Source: Eledone cirrhosa | Taxonomy: Eukaryota | Reading direction: 5' to 3' | Assembly (NCBI GenBank): GCA_964016885.1 | Contig: OZ024741.1 | Location: 110,918,001-110,982,000, forward strand | DNA: 64,000 nucleotides | In this document: one piece after another, positions 49,401 to 61,080 of the stretch | Layout: the number at the start of each line of letters is the position of its first letter | How positions within the stretch are numbered: the first letter of the stretch is position 1 | The notes under the pieces: generated by a model | Database searches by the model: none | Seen by the model: the letters and a program-made list of their open reading frames with translations, nothing else | What the model was told of the DNA's origin: nothing | Program-made: the position numbers and the translations under genes

Positions 49401-52400
49401 GTGGTCAGTTTTAAGAATCATTTTGAGTGGAGCCCTACAAAGCCCTCCAGATTTCTTTCTTTGGGGTTATCTGAAGAATAGGGTATATGTCAACAAACCT
49501 GGGACTCTCAATAAATAAAGGAAAACATCAGGGAGGTGATTAGAGCCATCCCTTGGTCTGTTTGTAAAGATGTTATGCTAAACTTCACTCTACACCTTAA
49601 GAAAAAATATGGATTAAAATGGGGATCACTTGGAACATGTATTGTAACTCTGGACAGAAACATGAAAAGATAGTGAATTTTTGATATGTTGTTTTTAATT
49701 GCTTAAACTAAATATATTAGTTTCGTCTGTTTTTGTCAAAAAATAAATAATGTAGACAAAAATAAAAATGGGGCCAGTTTTTTAGTCACTCTGTATGTGT
49801 GTGTCTATATATAATATGAAAATTAATACATCCATTTCAGAATGATACTGAGAGTAAATGAGAATATAAGCCCACCAAATACATGTTTCCTTATAGTTTT
49901 TTGGATGATATATACACCTTCTGAAAAAGCGCAATTAGATCTGAAAATCAATTACAGGTGTTTATCATTTCTTCAGTTTACAGGAAATTAGTATTTTCTC
50001 ACATGTTTACATGTCTATATATTAGATATGTGTATATTTATATACACATTGATGCAAACACTGTATCTAAACAGATATAACTTTGTTATATATATATATG
50101 GACAAAGGAGATGCTCTTGACAGAGAAAACTATAGAGCATTAAGTTTGGTTGACTAGTATGAAGATCGCAAAAAGAGTTATAGCACAGCTGATTAAGGAT
50201 CGAGTTAACCTAGATGAGATGCAGTTTGTATTTGTGCCAGGTAAAAGTACCATAGATGCCCTCTTTCTTGGGAGGCAACTGCAGAAGTACATAGCTGAAA
50301 GTAAACCCCTCTACCTGGCATTTGTTGACCTGGAGAAAGCATTTGACAGAATCCCCCATTCCAATATCTGGTGAGTTCGTAGATAACTAGGAGTCGACGA
50401 GTGACTTACGAAGAGAGTACAAGCCATGTATAGAGGAATAGTCAGCATGGTTAGAATTAACAATAAATATAGCGAAGAATTTAGCGTGATGGTTGGTGTC
50501 CATCAGAGCTCAGTTCTCAGTCCTCTCCTGTTTATCATCCTCCTGCAGGCTATAACAGAAGAGTTTAAGACTGGCTGCCCATGGGAACTACTATGGCAGA
50601 ATTAGAGAAGAAATTCCAGAGCTGGAAGCATGGCCTAGAATCAATGATGATGATTTAACAAAACTAATTAATCCTACCTTGATCAGCAGATGTAGATGGT
50701 TGTACAACATTAGCAGGTTTCTTTAGGTTAGTTTTTGTAGATGGTACACAATATTTCATGTCCACTCCACTACTACATGCACTGTTTTCCTTTATATCAA
50801 GTTTCGAAGTAGTGTTTGCCAATTCTTTTACATTCTTTTCATCATCCGAGTCTTCAATTCCTTTCTCAGCATTTTTCTCATTCTTCTTTTGTACGAGAGC
50901 CTGGGTCTCTTTTGCCTCTTTCTCCTGATGTTTTTTAGACAGGACGTGGTTTGCATAGGCCTTAGGGTTGCCAAAGTGTTTACAGCACAGTTTACAGTAG
51001 GTTCCTTGATTTTTACTTTCTTGTGAAATCTAAAAACAAACAAAGAAGAATGCACATCATTAACCCTTTTAATGCCAATCTGCCTGAAACCGCCCCTGGG
51101 TTCTAATATTCAAAACTGATTATTTTAAAGTGGTTAAATGTATCTAAAAAGCTTTTTGAAGTTGTTCAAAACACCAGCTTAATAATGATAAAGTTAGTTA
51201 TATTATTAAATCCCTACAAATTCTTGATTATTTTCAAAATGATTTGAATTATAGGCAGTGTATTTCATTAGAAGTATGGTAATGAAAGCGTTAATCCTGT
51301 TGTTACCATATGAAATACATATCCCATGTGTTTTAATTTATTCTGAAAATAAAGAAGAATTTAGTAATATAGCTTAACCTTTGAATTATTAAGTTGGTGT
51401 TTGAAATATCATTTAAAAAAGGTTTCTTACATAAAACTCTAATGGGGGGATTTTAATTTAAATATGAACTCTTTAAAACAGGCAATATTTTGTATCACAA
51501 ATCTAGGTGTAGTTTCTGGTGAGTTGGTATTAGAAGTGTTAATGAATTTAAAAAATTTTTTTTTTACATGGCCATGCACAGAGGTCAGTGATCTGATAGG
51601 GGTACCCAGGTGAAATAGACTTGACAACTGGCATTGGAACCCAATGGTAAACAGAAATCTGTAGCTGCCCTGTGTAAACTGCAGTAAAATAACTGCTAAA
51701 AAAACTGTTGTGGTGATCACTTGCTGAATGTCAAAAATATACAATTAAGAGACATGCTGGAGTCCTCATCATCATTTTACATCTGCTTTCCATGCCGGCA
51801 TGCATTGAACAAGCTAAGATCTGAGACAATTCTGATTGTGCCCTCCTAAATGTGACAGGGAATCATGCCTCATTTATAAGTTCTATTTTTGGCATGGTTT
51901 CTATGGTTAGATATACAATAAACATATGCGAGTCTTCCTATGAATGCTTTAAGCTGTGATCATGTATACCACAGTTCATTTAGTAACCAGTGAGAATGCC
52001 AGACAGCTGTTTCTAGTGACATTTACTCTCACAGTACTGAGATTAGAATAAGCTAATGCCTTATATGGCTTTTGCATACAAAACATCAGCTTGTGAGGCT
52101 CATTTGCATATAGTACAAATAGAACTAGCTAGAAATGTTCATACACACACATACATATAACCACTATGCTCCCTTCCATACACCATGCACACCCCAACAC
52201 AACCATTTCTGTTCACACCACCCTTACACAGTAAGGCTGATGTGTTGGTATAACAAAAAGTTTCCAGCCCACACTATAAAGTGGTCGTGAGGTGTCACAA
52301 CAAAAAGCACCCAGCCCTCACCGTAAAGTGATCATGCAGGTGCCACAACAAAAAGCTCCCAGCTCACACTGTAAAGTGGTTGTGTAGGTGGCATGACAAA

Positions 52401-53092
52401 AAGCTCCCAATACACACTGTAAATGTGGTTGGCGTTAGGAAGGGCATCCAGCTGTAGAAACTAAGCCAGAAACAGTTCTGCATAAGCAAGACACGGTCAC
52501 CTGATCCGACTTGCCTTAAATGGGACAACCCGTCAAATCCATGCTCACGTGGAAAGTGGATGTTAATATATATATATATTTGTACCACCCTTGCAAGCAG
52601 GGAAGAGCGGACGTAAAATGATGATATATATATACATATATATATACACACACATATAACTTTCCTTGCTAGCAAGGGTTGAATGGGTCTTCACAGACTG
52701 CATCTGCACTAAAGTATAGCCAGTGACCTCTCAGACTGACAGGGGGTTCACAGGTAAGACCTTAACATCATTGCTATGTTTTTAACATTTACCACCCAAT
52801 TTACATTGTGGTAGCCTTCAAACAAAACACTATTTTCTACACTTTACATAAATCTGCAATTTAACAATTTTTTTGTTGTTGTTTATAAAAGCAAAGTTGT
52901 AAAAAAGAAAAAAATCACTACCTGTGCTTTGCGTTCTAAGACTCGTTGTTGAAAGTCTACTGCAGTCACTGGAGGTAATTCTGCTACTTTCCGTTTCAGG
53001 TTATATCGGTGCCAGTCGGTCTTGTAATGAGCCTTCTGTAGATCTGAGTTGGCAAATACCACTCGGCAGGAGATGCAAGTGAACAGTGGCAT
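40353..53092 (-). CDS. ZNF622: Zinc finger protein 622 / Rei1-Reh1 family cytoplasmic pre-60S maturation factor, 7 coding exons, ~419 aa
   Basis: Exons on -: 53092-52922, 51029-50678, 49325-49134, 47094-46932, 45159-45041, 43368-43234, 40480-40353. All GT-AG, phases consistent, 1260 nt. Motifs: FTCISCRVVF...HYKTDWHRYNLKRKVAELPPV, CLFC...HMTREHSFFIPD, CLWC...QHMMDKNHC, FYDYRSSY, LVLPSGATIGHRSL, C-terminal KHFRPQVVF*. Confidence 0.93.
40750..43045 (-). mobile_element. CR1/L2-group LINE remnant (endonuclease end plus RT) in the last ZNF622 intron
   Basis: PLGDSDH, VIPLFKKGDR...NYHPVSLTS, QFGF, VDIVYLDFAKAF, GVPQ, KYADD; (ATT)n tail. Second copy at 58990-60075 (-); 3' piece at 19555-19782 (+). 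Confidence 0.85.
43234..43368 (-). CDS. ZNF622: ZNF622 coding exon 6 (GATIGHRSL...)
   Basis: AG/GT sites; ORF 43115..43384. Confidence 0.9.
44001..44632 (-). mobile_element. RTE LINE 3' fragment, near-identical to 35527-36145
   Basis: Same RRLRWYGHV end, 3' UTR and (CAT)n; other RTE pieces at 34395-35075, 39790-39900 and 50100-50645 (+). Confidence 0.88.
45041..45159 (-). CDS. ZNF622: ZNF622 coding exon 5 (SSYPD...ELVLPS)
   Basis: AG/GT sites. Confidence 0.9.
46932..47094 (-). CDS. ZNF622: ZNF622 coding exon 4 (CLWCND...HCKM...FYDY)
   Basis: AG/GT sites; ORF 46928..47131. Confidence 0.92.
48690..49050. repeat. ~40-bp minisatellite, about 9 units, each containing a 12-bp quasi-palindrome TAGACNNGTCTA
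   Basis: TAGAC(CA/TG/TA)GTCTAACGAGGATATTGTGGTGAAATATTACAA. Confidence 0.88.
49134..49325 (-). CDS. ZNF622: ZNF622 coding exon 3 (CLFC...HSFFIPD)
   Basis: AG/GT sites, motif. Confidence 0.9.
49400..49795 (+). mobile_element. Tc1/mariner transposase 3' remnant
   Basis: PPDFFLWGYLKNRVYVNKP near 49445-49500; end ...GTCACTCTG|TA. Confidence 0.6.
50678..51029 (-). CDS. ZNF622: ZNF622 coding exon 2 (second zinc finger CKLC...NHVLSKKH)
   Basis: AG/GT sites, open frame. Confidence 0.88.
52922..53092 (-). CDS. ZNF622: ZNF622 coding exon 1 (MPLFTCISC...)
   Basis: Acceptor AG at 53121-53120, ATG at 53092, donor GT at 52921. Confidence 0.9.
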
Positions 53093-53569
53093 GTTGGTTG
53101 GTGATGGTGATGCCACAAACTGTAATATATCAATACATAGGCTTTATCAGTGTTCTATGACAGTTGTTTTATTTACACATGTATGATGAAACTAAAGTTG
53201 TTTAATACAACTGAACCAATTTCTCAGAGAAAAATAACTATATATATAAAGTGGTCATGTTGTAGTTTGTTTGAAGCATCGTATAAAGTGTAACACCTTA
53301 ACATTATTTTAATATTTACAGTGGATTGGCAGTATCGGTAGAGGGTCGGACGCCATGCTTTCCAGCATAGTTACATCCCTTTACGATCTGAGTTCAAATC
53401 CTGCCGAGGTTGACTTTGCCTTTCATCCTTACAGGGTCGATAAAATAAAGTACCAGTAATGCACTGGGTAATTGCTGGCCTTGTGCCTAAAGTAGAAACA
53501 ATTATTTCAATATTTACAGTCCAATTCACATTGTGGCAGCTATATGTGTGTGTGTATATGTATATATAT

Positions 53570-54034
53570 ATATTGTTATACTTTGAGAGGGTCATGCTGC
53601 CAATAAAAACACACGTAGCTGTTGGTTTTTACTTCAATTTATTATAAATTTCTAGTTGGTTGGTTCGATAGCTGGATGACTGTTTATATATTGTCAAAGC
53701 TCTTTCATCACACATTCTGTGACCTCCTCAGTAGATGGGTTTTAATTTTGTGTCTCTCCTTTGTTCTGTCCTACATCTTGTTTTTGTGTGTGTTGTCAAC
53801 ACACAACACACAAAAACAAGATGGTGTAGGACAGAACAAAAGAGAGAGAGAAAATAAAAACCTAGTCACTGAGGAGGTCACAGAATGTGTGACGAAGGAG
53901 CTTTCACAATATATAAAGAACAATCCAGTTATCGAACCAACCAACCAATCGGAAACTTATAATAAATTGAAGTGAAAACCAACAGATGTGTGTGCTTTTA
54001 TTGGCAGCATGACCCTCACAAGGTATAACAATAT
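53570..54034. repeat. ~465-bp fold-back (head-to-head inverted repeat) carrying two hammerhead cores
   Basis: 53570-53795 is the reverse complement of 53797-54034 with scattered differences; apex GTGTTG-T-CAACAC; adjacent (TA)n. Confidence 0.85.
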
Positions 54035-54094
54035 CTGTTTCAACTTTTCAGATAAGAAATCTTGCAAAACAAATTCAAAAACAAATTATATATA

Positions 54095-54987
54095 CAGGGT
54101 GCGGACGATATTTGTTCGCAAGATTACTGTCTAGGACAAAATAATACAGTAGTTTTATTTTTGAAGATTTATTTATCAAACTTGGGTCAGTTTGTCTTCA
54201 TGACTTGTTGTTTCGATCTCACTCGATAAACCCGCCATTGGCTTTGATGACGGCCTCAAGGTGGCCTTGGAACCGGCTACAGGCCTTCGTCACTGTTCCT
54301 CGACTTAGGCCCCGAAAGGCACTTGTGATCCTGGCCTTCAGATCGTCTTTTGTATTGCAGCTAGATCTGTTGGTGTCTCGTTCCACTGCGCCCCACACAA
54401 AGAAATCGAGGGGGTTGCAGTCAGACGAGCTGGGAAGCCAGATGTCAGGTGAAGTGTGGTCGACGAAGTTCTCTAACAGCCAGGCTTGGGTCTTTCGACT
54501 GGTATGGCAGGGCGCTGAGTCTTATTGCCACACGTACGGCCTACCTGCAGCTACCTGGTCGATCCAGGGCTTTACTACCTCGCTCAGTAACGCGGACATA
54601 GCCATCGGTGTTCAGCTTGAGGCCCTCAGGGAAGAAGTAAGGTGGCATGACGTCACCTTGACTGCTGACAACACCTAAGACCAATGTTGTCGCAGGAAAC
54701 TTTGTCTGCATGACTCTGGGCACGTCTTTGGATGAGACAGCAAGCCACCTGTTGTTCTGGGAGTTGATCTTCTGGTCTTATTTGTCCTCCTGGCATGGAT
54801 TCCAAGAAGAACTCTGTGTCTCTTCCACAAATTTGGAGGTTCAAAATTATTCATAATCAATTATTCTGAAAATAAATAATGGAAATATAGTCACTGTTTT
54901 TATGAAGACAAGAGTGACAACGGAAGTAAAAAAAATTGGCATAAAATTAGCAGTTGAAAATTGCGAACAAATATTGTCCGCACCCTG
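54095..54987 (-). mobile_element. DD37D (maT-type) Tc1/mariner DNA transposon, internally deleted
   Basis: 27-bp TIRs CAGGGTGCGGAC(G/A)ATATTTGTTCGCAA with TA flanks; transposase WQ*DSAPCH...SSDCNPLDFFVWG with 37 residues between the two Asp. Confidence 0.85.
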
Positions 54988-55630
54988 TATATATATCTTC
55001 ATCTTAATTGTCTCCATGTAGCCCCGCCTCAACAATTACAAAGGCAGCCAATATCAGCACAGCTACTTAATGATGCCACACTAAAAGATTATCTTATTTA
55101 CAACCCCACAAACAACTGCAATCGGCTAGTATGGGTCAATTACAGCATACACACAATTCCATCAACTTATCATAACCCAATTACGATAACTATAAGCTAT
55201 CTATTACCATTATCATTATTAGTAGTAGTAGGGGTCGATAAAATAAAGTACCAGTAATGCACTGGGTAATTGCTGGCCTTGTGCCTAAAGTAGAAACAAT
55301 TATTAGTAGTAGTAGTATTACAACTACTATTGTTATTATCATTAGAAGGTGGTGGATTGGCTGAGTTCAAATCCCGCCAAGGTTGACTTTGCCTTTCATC
55401 CTTACAGGGGTCGATAAAATAAAGTACCAGTCACGCACTGGAGTAATTGCTGGCCTTGTGCCAAAAGTAGAAACAATTATTATTATTAGTATTATTTATC
55501 TTTGTTTACACACTCTTTATATGTTTTTACTCCTGCCACTCTTAATTTACACACCCACCTCTCTTCTATTTCCTTATACTTGCTCTTACCTCTTTATATA
55601 TAAAAAATGTAGCAAATAAAATCAGTTTAG

Positions 55631-55761
55631 TGTTTCTGAAGAAGACGGTTGATCAAACAGGAATTTCGAGAGTAGAGATAGGTAGTAATGTAACCACTAC
55701 CATGCTAGTTGATACATCGATCTCCCATGATCAATCAACCCTCTGAAACAATCATAAAACA
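55631..55761 (+). ncRNA. Type I hammerhead motif with ~100-nt extended stem II, stem III imperfect
   Basis: tgttt-CTGAAGA-agacggttgat...atcaaccctct-GAAA-caatca-TA-aaaca; followed ~60 nt later by (CA)n(TA)n. Confidence 0.58.
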
Positions 55762-55820
55762 ATGAACTAATTTATTATCTACCTCCTACCTTTGACTTGT
55801 TTTCATTGTTCTATACACAA

Positions 55821-55873
<53 letters not shown>

Positions 55874-55894
55874 GATTAATCAGTAGAGGAATCT

Positions 55895-56865
55895 ACTTTA
55901 TTATGCTGCCTCCCTATCCTGCAAATTGCAGTTTCTCTTCCTATTATTCAAATTAGCAGTCAGCATTCTCGATACTAAGCAAGCCAGGAATCTCCTGCAG
56001 CCCACCTCGACTGGAAAAAGCCATGTCTGCCAACCCTTCCTCCTGCACAAGTTATTAATACTTCGCACTCTTTTGCTCAAAGGTGTGGTCACATTCTTCT
56101 TCCCATGGGACTGTGAGTTTAATCAATATTATCTTTATCAACCTTTTGGACCAAAGTACCACATCTGGCCTGAAGGATGTTTGAACAACTTGGGGGACTG
56201 CAACCTTCCTTCCAAGCCAACCATCACATCCCATGTTTGGGCTATTTGTAGTAGGTCACATGTTCTAACTGTGGTAGACTGCTTCTCTCCCTCTTTCACA
56301 AATCTGATTGATGGCTTCCTCTGTGTTCAGTATTCCGTGTTTCTCATGGTCCAAAGAATTGGCAAGTGCCATTAGCACCTTTTCATGGCACCATCTATAT
56401 CTCTCTTGGGCAAAAGCTGTTTTACATCCCTATAAAATGTATGCCACAATGGTACCCTTCTTCCCACAGAGCCTACACATTTCATCTTCCCTCATGCTCC
56501 ACCTGTGCAAATTTGTTGGGGTCAGTAGCATGTCATACACTTATCGCAATAGGTAGATTTGGAAGGGTTCCAATCTCCATAATTCTACCCAAGTGATCTT
56601 CCTCTTTGGGAGGTTCCATTTAGTCCAGGCTCCTTGGGATGTTAGTTCCAAAGCCCTTGGTTTCTAACCCTCCTGCTGGTGCTGCACTTCCTCCTGGATC
56701 ATGGCTCTTCTCTTCTTTTGCCTATTCCCCCATAATTGGAAATCGCAAGTTCCAAGACTTTCTTTTTCCATGCTTGTTATGCTAATGATGTCCCATAGTT
56801 TCACCAAACTTTCTCCTTGTGTGGCAGAAGCGTCAGCTGCACAATTGCGCCCTGATCTTGTAGTG
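55895..56865 (-). mobile_element. HERO-like RLE non-LTR retrotransposon 3' fragment
   Basis: PDMVLWS...LIKLTVPWEE...GWQTWLFPVEVGCR on the minus strand. Confidence 0.65.
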
Positions 56866-57997
56866 ACACCTGTGCTCACATTGGTGCCACCTCCAGTAAT
56901 CAACAAAATAACTAAATAATCTTAATCAACTACATTTTACAAAAAGTTATACAATGATGTAAATATGAAAAGAAAAAAGATAAAAACCAAAATTAAGCAA
57001 TGAAAAAAGAGGGAGGGGTAAAGGTAGATCTGGCTGTATAGGAAAGGACTATAAATGCCATAAATGAGAGGAAAAAGCAAAGACTATTAGGCCACGGAAG
57101 AAAGAGAGGGAGTGACAAGCTCCATCCATAGAGCAGGGCGGTGTTTCGGCTGCGCCCCACGGACAAAACTGCAACAGCCACCCCACTTCGCGGGGCTTCT
57201 TCTTTGGACGGGTTGCTGACGTGACGTTCCGATTTTACGGAGGAGCCCAGCAGTACGAGGTCCGAGGACGCCTGAGGTCTCGACGGCGACCCTTGCCAAG
57301 AGCAAGCGGCCAGACAAGCCTCAGTATTTGCTTATCTTCCTGTCTTCTGTATTGCGGGCCGCAGTACTGGGGGTTGTAACCGAAACTGGAGGGGAAAAAC
57401 GTGTTACAGCATGTGGCATCCCAGATGAGGGATTTACCTCCTACTAATGGGAAGAGGGTAATTCCTATTTTTAGTAGCGTTGAGCTAGTTACGAACATTT
57501 AAGACAACTTTAGAGTACAGTTAATGGCTGCAACGCACGTGTTTATGACTATGAAAATAGTTCAACAAGTAGGATAAGCCCCCGAAGACGGAAACAAGTG
57601 GACAGCACCACCCACACAGTATATGGAAGGTATGAGTTCAAGTGATCTAGGTAGCGCTGTTCACTTTTTCCCGTTTCCGAGAACTTATATACATGTTTGA
57701 CTATTCACATAGTAAAAAAAAAAAAATTAAATAATCGTGCATTGTAACTATATATATATGTGTGTATACGTTTTATATACATACATATGTGTATGTATGT
57801 ATATTATATATGTGTGTGTATTTGTATGTATGTGTGTGTGTATATATATATATATATATACACCTGTAAGTATTAGTATTTCTGAAGAAGACATCTTGTC
57901 AGTGTGTATATAAGTTATAACTGAAATACGTCGGTTGCTTATCAAAGACATCTCAATAAAACAGTAAAAAATTGCCAGTAGCAATTGAGAAACTTAC

Positions 57998-58080
57998 CAG
58001 CGTAGAAATAAGTTACGAAATCTGATGAAATATGCGAAGGGAAGAATGAACACCACTACATAACAAATGGGACGTTCGTT
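57998..58080 (-). other. Possible non-coding first exon of ZNF622
   Basis: Strong donor CTG|GTAAGT at 57998/57997 on - in non-repetitive sequence; coding exon 1 begins with an acceptor, so an upstream exon is expected. Upstream boundary is a guess. Confidence 0.3.
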
Positions 58081-60099
58081 CTCAACATACACAACAACAC
58101 ATACAGTTCTACTTGACTATTGTTGGCCAAGTCTACGTATGAAATATTGCACCACACTCCGTAATAATTATTACGTTATTGTTGTTAATTACTAATATAA
58201 CTTGTATATCATCATATTTACATTTTAATGATATTGAAATAATAATTATTATGAATATTATTATTTGTCATTTGTTTTATTTTTAAACCTGCGCACCCAA
58301 ATTATAGAAATATACGTATCAATTATTTGTTTATTTATTCTGTTATTGCGAGGTCCACGTGTCTTTTAACTAGAATTTAATACCAGATTTCGTTCCTTGT
58401 TCGTTCATACTCTCAGGAAAAGCATAAATGTCACCACTTCCTATTGTTTTTTCAGTTGATTACAGATTAAGTTTAAACAGTGTACAAAGTGATTGGGATT
58501 GTTGCATATCAACTGCATCCCGTTTGGCTTTCTGAATTTCTGACTATGAATTTTTTAGTAGTGCGTCCCGCTTTATGACGAAGCACATTTTATGCGGCTC
58601 CCTTCTGAAGTAATTGTAAGTTATTAGATAAAATAATTGTTTCTACGTTTGGCACAAGGCTAGTAATTTGAAGGGAAGGGAAAAGTCGATTAAATCGATC
58701 CAGTGCGTAACTGGTACTTTATTTTATCGACCCCGTAAAGATGAAAGGCAAAGCTAACCTCGGCGAGATTTGAACTCAGAACGTGTAGTGCCGCAAAGCA
58801 AGATGTCCACCTCTCTACCGATACTACCAATCCACCGCCCTATTCAGAAAGTAAATAATATATTTCTTTAACATATTTTATCTAATAACATAATAATAAT
58901 ATTATAATAAGAGCGCTGTCTGTCTGTCCGTCAGTCGCGCTCACTTTATATAATAATAATTGTTTCTACTTTTGGCACAAGGCCAGCATGTATAGTACAT
59001 AGAATACATGGCACAAGGTGCATGTATAGTACATAGAATAATGTACAAATGTCAGGAAAATGAACAGTGTACGAGTTATGAAATACATGTGTGCGTGTGT
59101 TTGGAGGGGGAATATTAGGTGTAGTGTTGGCGAATCTCAGGAAGCATGGAGGTTATAAATGATGCAGTGTCTTGACAGCTAACAACTGATGCAGGTAGTT
59201 TGTTCCATGCTTCAGCAACTGTGAGCATGAAAAAATGTTTCCGAAAGTCATGAGAGCTGTGCTGTTTTCTGACTTGGTAGGCATACCCACGTGTGTTAAA
59301 CACATGGAAATCACAAAGGTGCTCGGGGTTGTTGTTGGCAAAATGGTTAACAATTTTGTGGGTGTTTACCAAGTCAGTTGCCAGATGTCGGAGTTTCAAT
59401 GTGTCCATGCCCAGGAATCAAAGCGTTCAGAGTATGTTAGATGCCTAATGGAGGGTATTCGCTTGGTTGCACGTCTCTGAACAGTTTCCAGAGCAAGATA
59501 GGGGTTCCAGACTGGTGATGTAAATTATAAGTGTGGCTGCACCATAGCTATATACAGCTATAAATAGCTGAAGAGCGGCTGACAAAGGTCTTGCTGAGTG
59601 ATGTTAAGACACCCTTGGCCTTCTTGACAATTTTAGAGACGTGCTTCGTCCAATGCAAATCGCTGCTGACAGTAATGCCCACGTTCACAAGAAGATTTCT
59701 TGATATTAGTTTTGTAGAGGGAGTATGTGGACGCTGGATTTTTACTCCCAAAATGCATGGTTGTACACTTGTTCACAGCCAACTTGAGTTGCCAGTCCGT
59801 GATCCATTGTTGCATTGTGTCCATGTCTGATTGCAGGAAAGATCTATAGTGTTCAGGATCTGTCCTTTTTATCTCAAGGTACAGCTTGATGTCATCTGCA
59901 TATTTCAGTACTGTGGCATTCTTTAAGTTGGCATCTATGTCATTAATACATGCCACAAACAAAAGGGGGCCAAGAACAGATCCCTGTGGTACACCAGATG
60001 GCTCATATGGTGAGGAATGCTGTCCTAGAACCGTGACTACCTCTCTTCAACTGAGAATGAAGGACTTCAACCAATTAAGGGAGCCCCAAGTGAGAGATA

Positions 60100-60663
60100 T
60101 GTACATAGATAGAGAGAAAAGGGTCAGAAGGCATGGCACCCACCGAGCCGAAACCTTTGTCATGCCCATTTCATTGTGCAAAATATTCTCAACCCTCTCA
60201 CAGGATATGCTAATAGCATTGCCTATTTGATTTATTGTCAATTGCCTGTCATCCCTCACCATGTGGTGAAAACGGTCACTGTTTTCCTCGGTGGTGGCAG
60301 CTGCAGGATGTCTAGACCTTGGGTCATCTTCAAGACTCTACTTCCCCTCCTAAATTCTGCTGCTCACTTTTGCACTGTTGATAAAGTTGGAGTGTTATCT
60401 CCTAATCTAGTAACCATATCAGCATGAATGTCCTTGGGGCTAAACCCTTTTTCTGCAGACACTTGATAACTCCATGATGCCAAAATTTTAGTCCATTTTC
60501 AAGAGAAATCACTATTAGTTACTTTTGAAGTCTTCTTTGAACAGTCAGATGGCAGTTTACCTGGAAAGAAACAGTAGAGTTGAAATTAATGCAAGTGAAA
60601 GATTTCACACCTCTAGCACCACACCTTCATAGTCACCCTATGAACTTTTTAGCCCACCCTCAT
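60100..60663 (-). mobile_element. mariner transposon 5' remnant
   Basis: DRQLTINQI...ILHNEMGMTKVSARWVP; terminal ...GAACTTTTTAGCCCACCCTCATA. Confidence 0.7.
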
Positions 60664-60728
60664 ACATATCTCTCTCTCTCTCTCTCTAATACCAACACTG
60701 TTTGTTATTGTTTTTTTTTGTTTTTTAC

Positions 60729-60771
<43 letters not shown>

Positions 60772-60947
60772 ATACATTAACAGAGAAAGCCTTAAGCGAT
60801 ACTCTGACCAACTCCATCTCACTCAACAAACCTTAGGATATTCCTAAGTATTTTCCCAATTCAGTGTTTGGGGTGCTAACTAATCAGTATTTCGTGGATA
60901 GCTGGTTGTATTATTTTATATGAGACATAATTAAATAAATATCTCTC

Positions 60948-61080
60948 TCCTTCTAGACGATCGTTTCGTTATAAGATTTCTACAATTTGGGATAAATAAT
61001 GTCCAGGTTATGTAGAAACTTGTATATAATCCATAGTTTTATACACAAGCGGGCTCTTATAAACTCATCAGTGGATGCCC
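60948..61080 (-). ncRNA. Type I hammerhead with multibranched stem II
   Basis: Minus strand gggcatcca-CTGATGA-gtttataaga...tcttataac-GAAA-cgatcg-TC-tagaagg; perfect palindromic stem III ACGATCGT; GUC cleavage triplet; stem I partly decayed. Confidence 0.68.

Noticed and set aside
52883-53116. ORF-track start 'MASPSPTN' for ZNF622
   Set aside because: That codon is GTG just after a splice acceptor. The ATG at 53092 (MPLFTC) matches the family N-terminus.
58021-58045. CTGATGA...GAAG motif
   Set aside because: No stem II pairing and no GAAA core.
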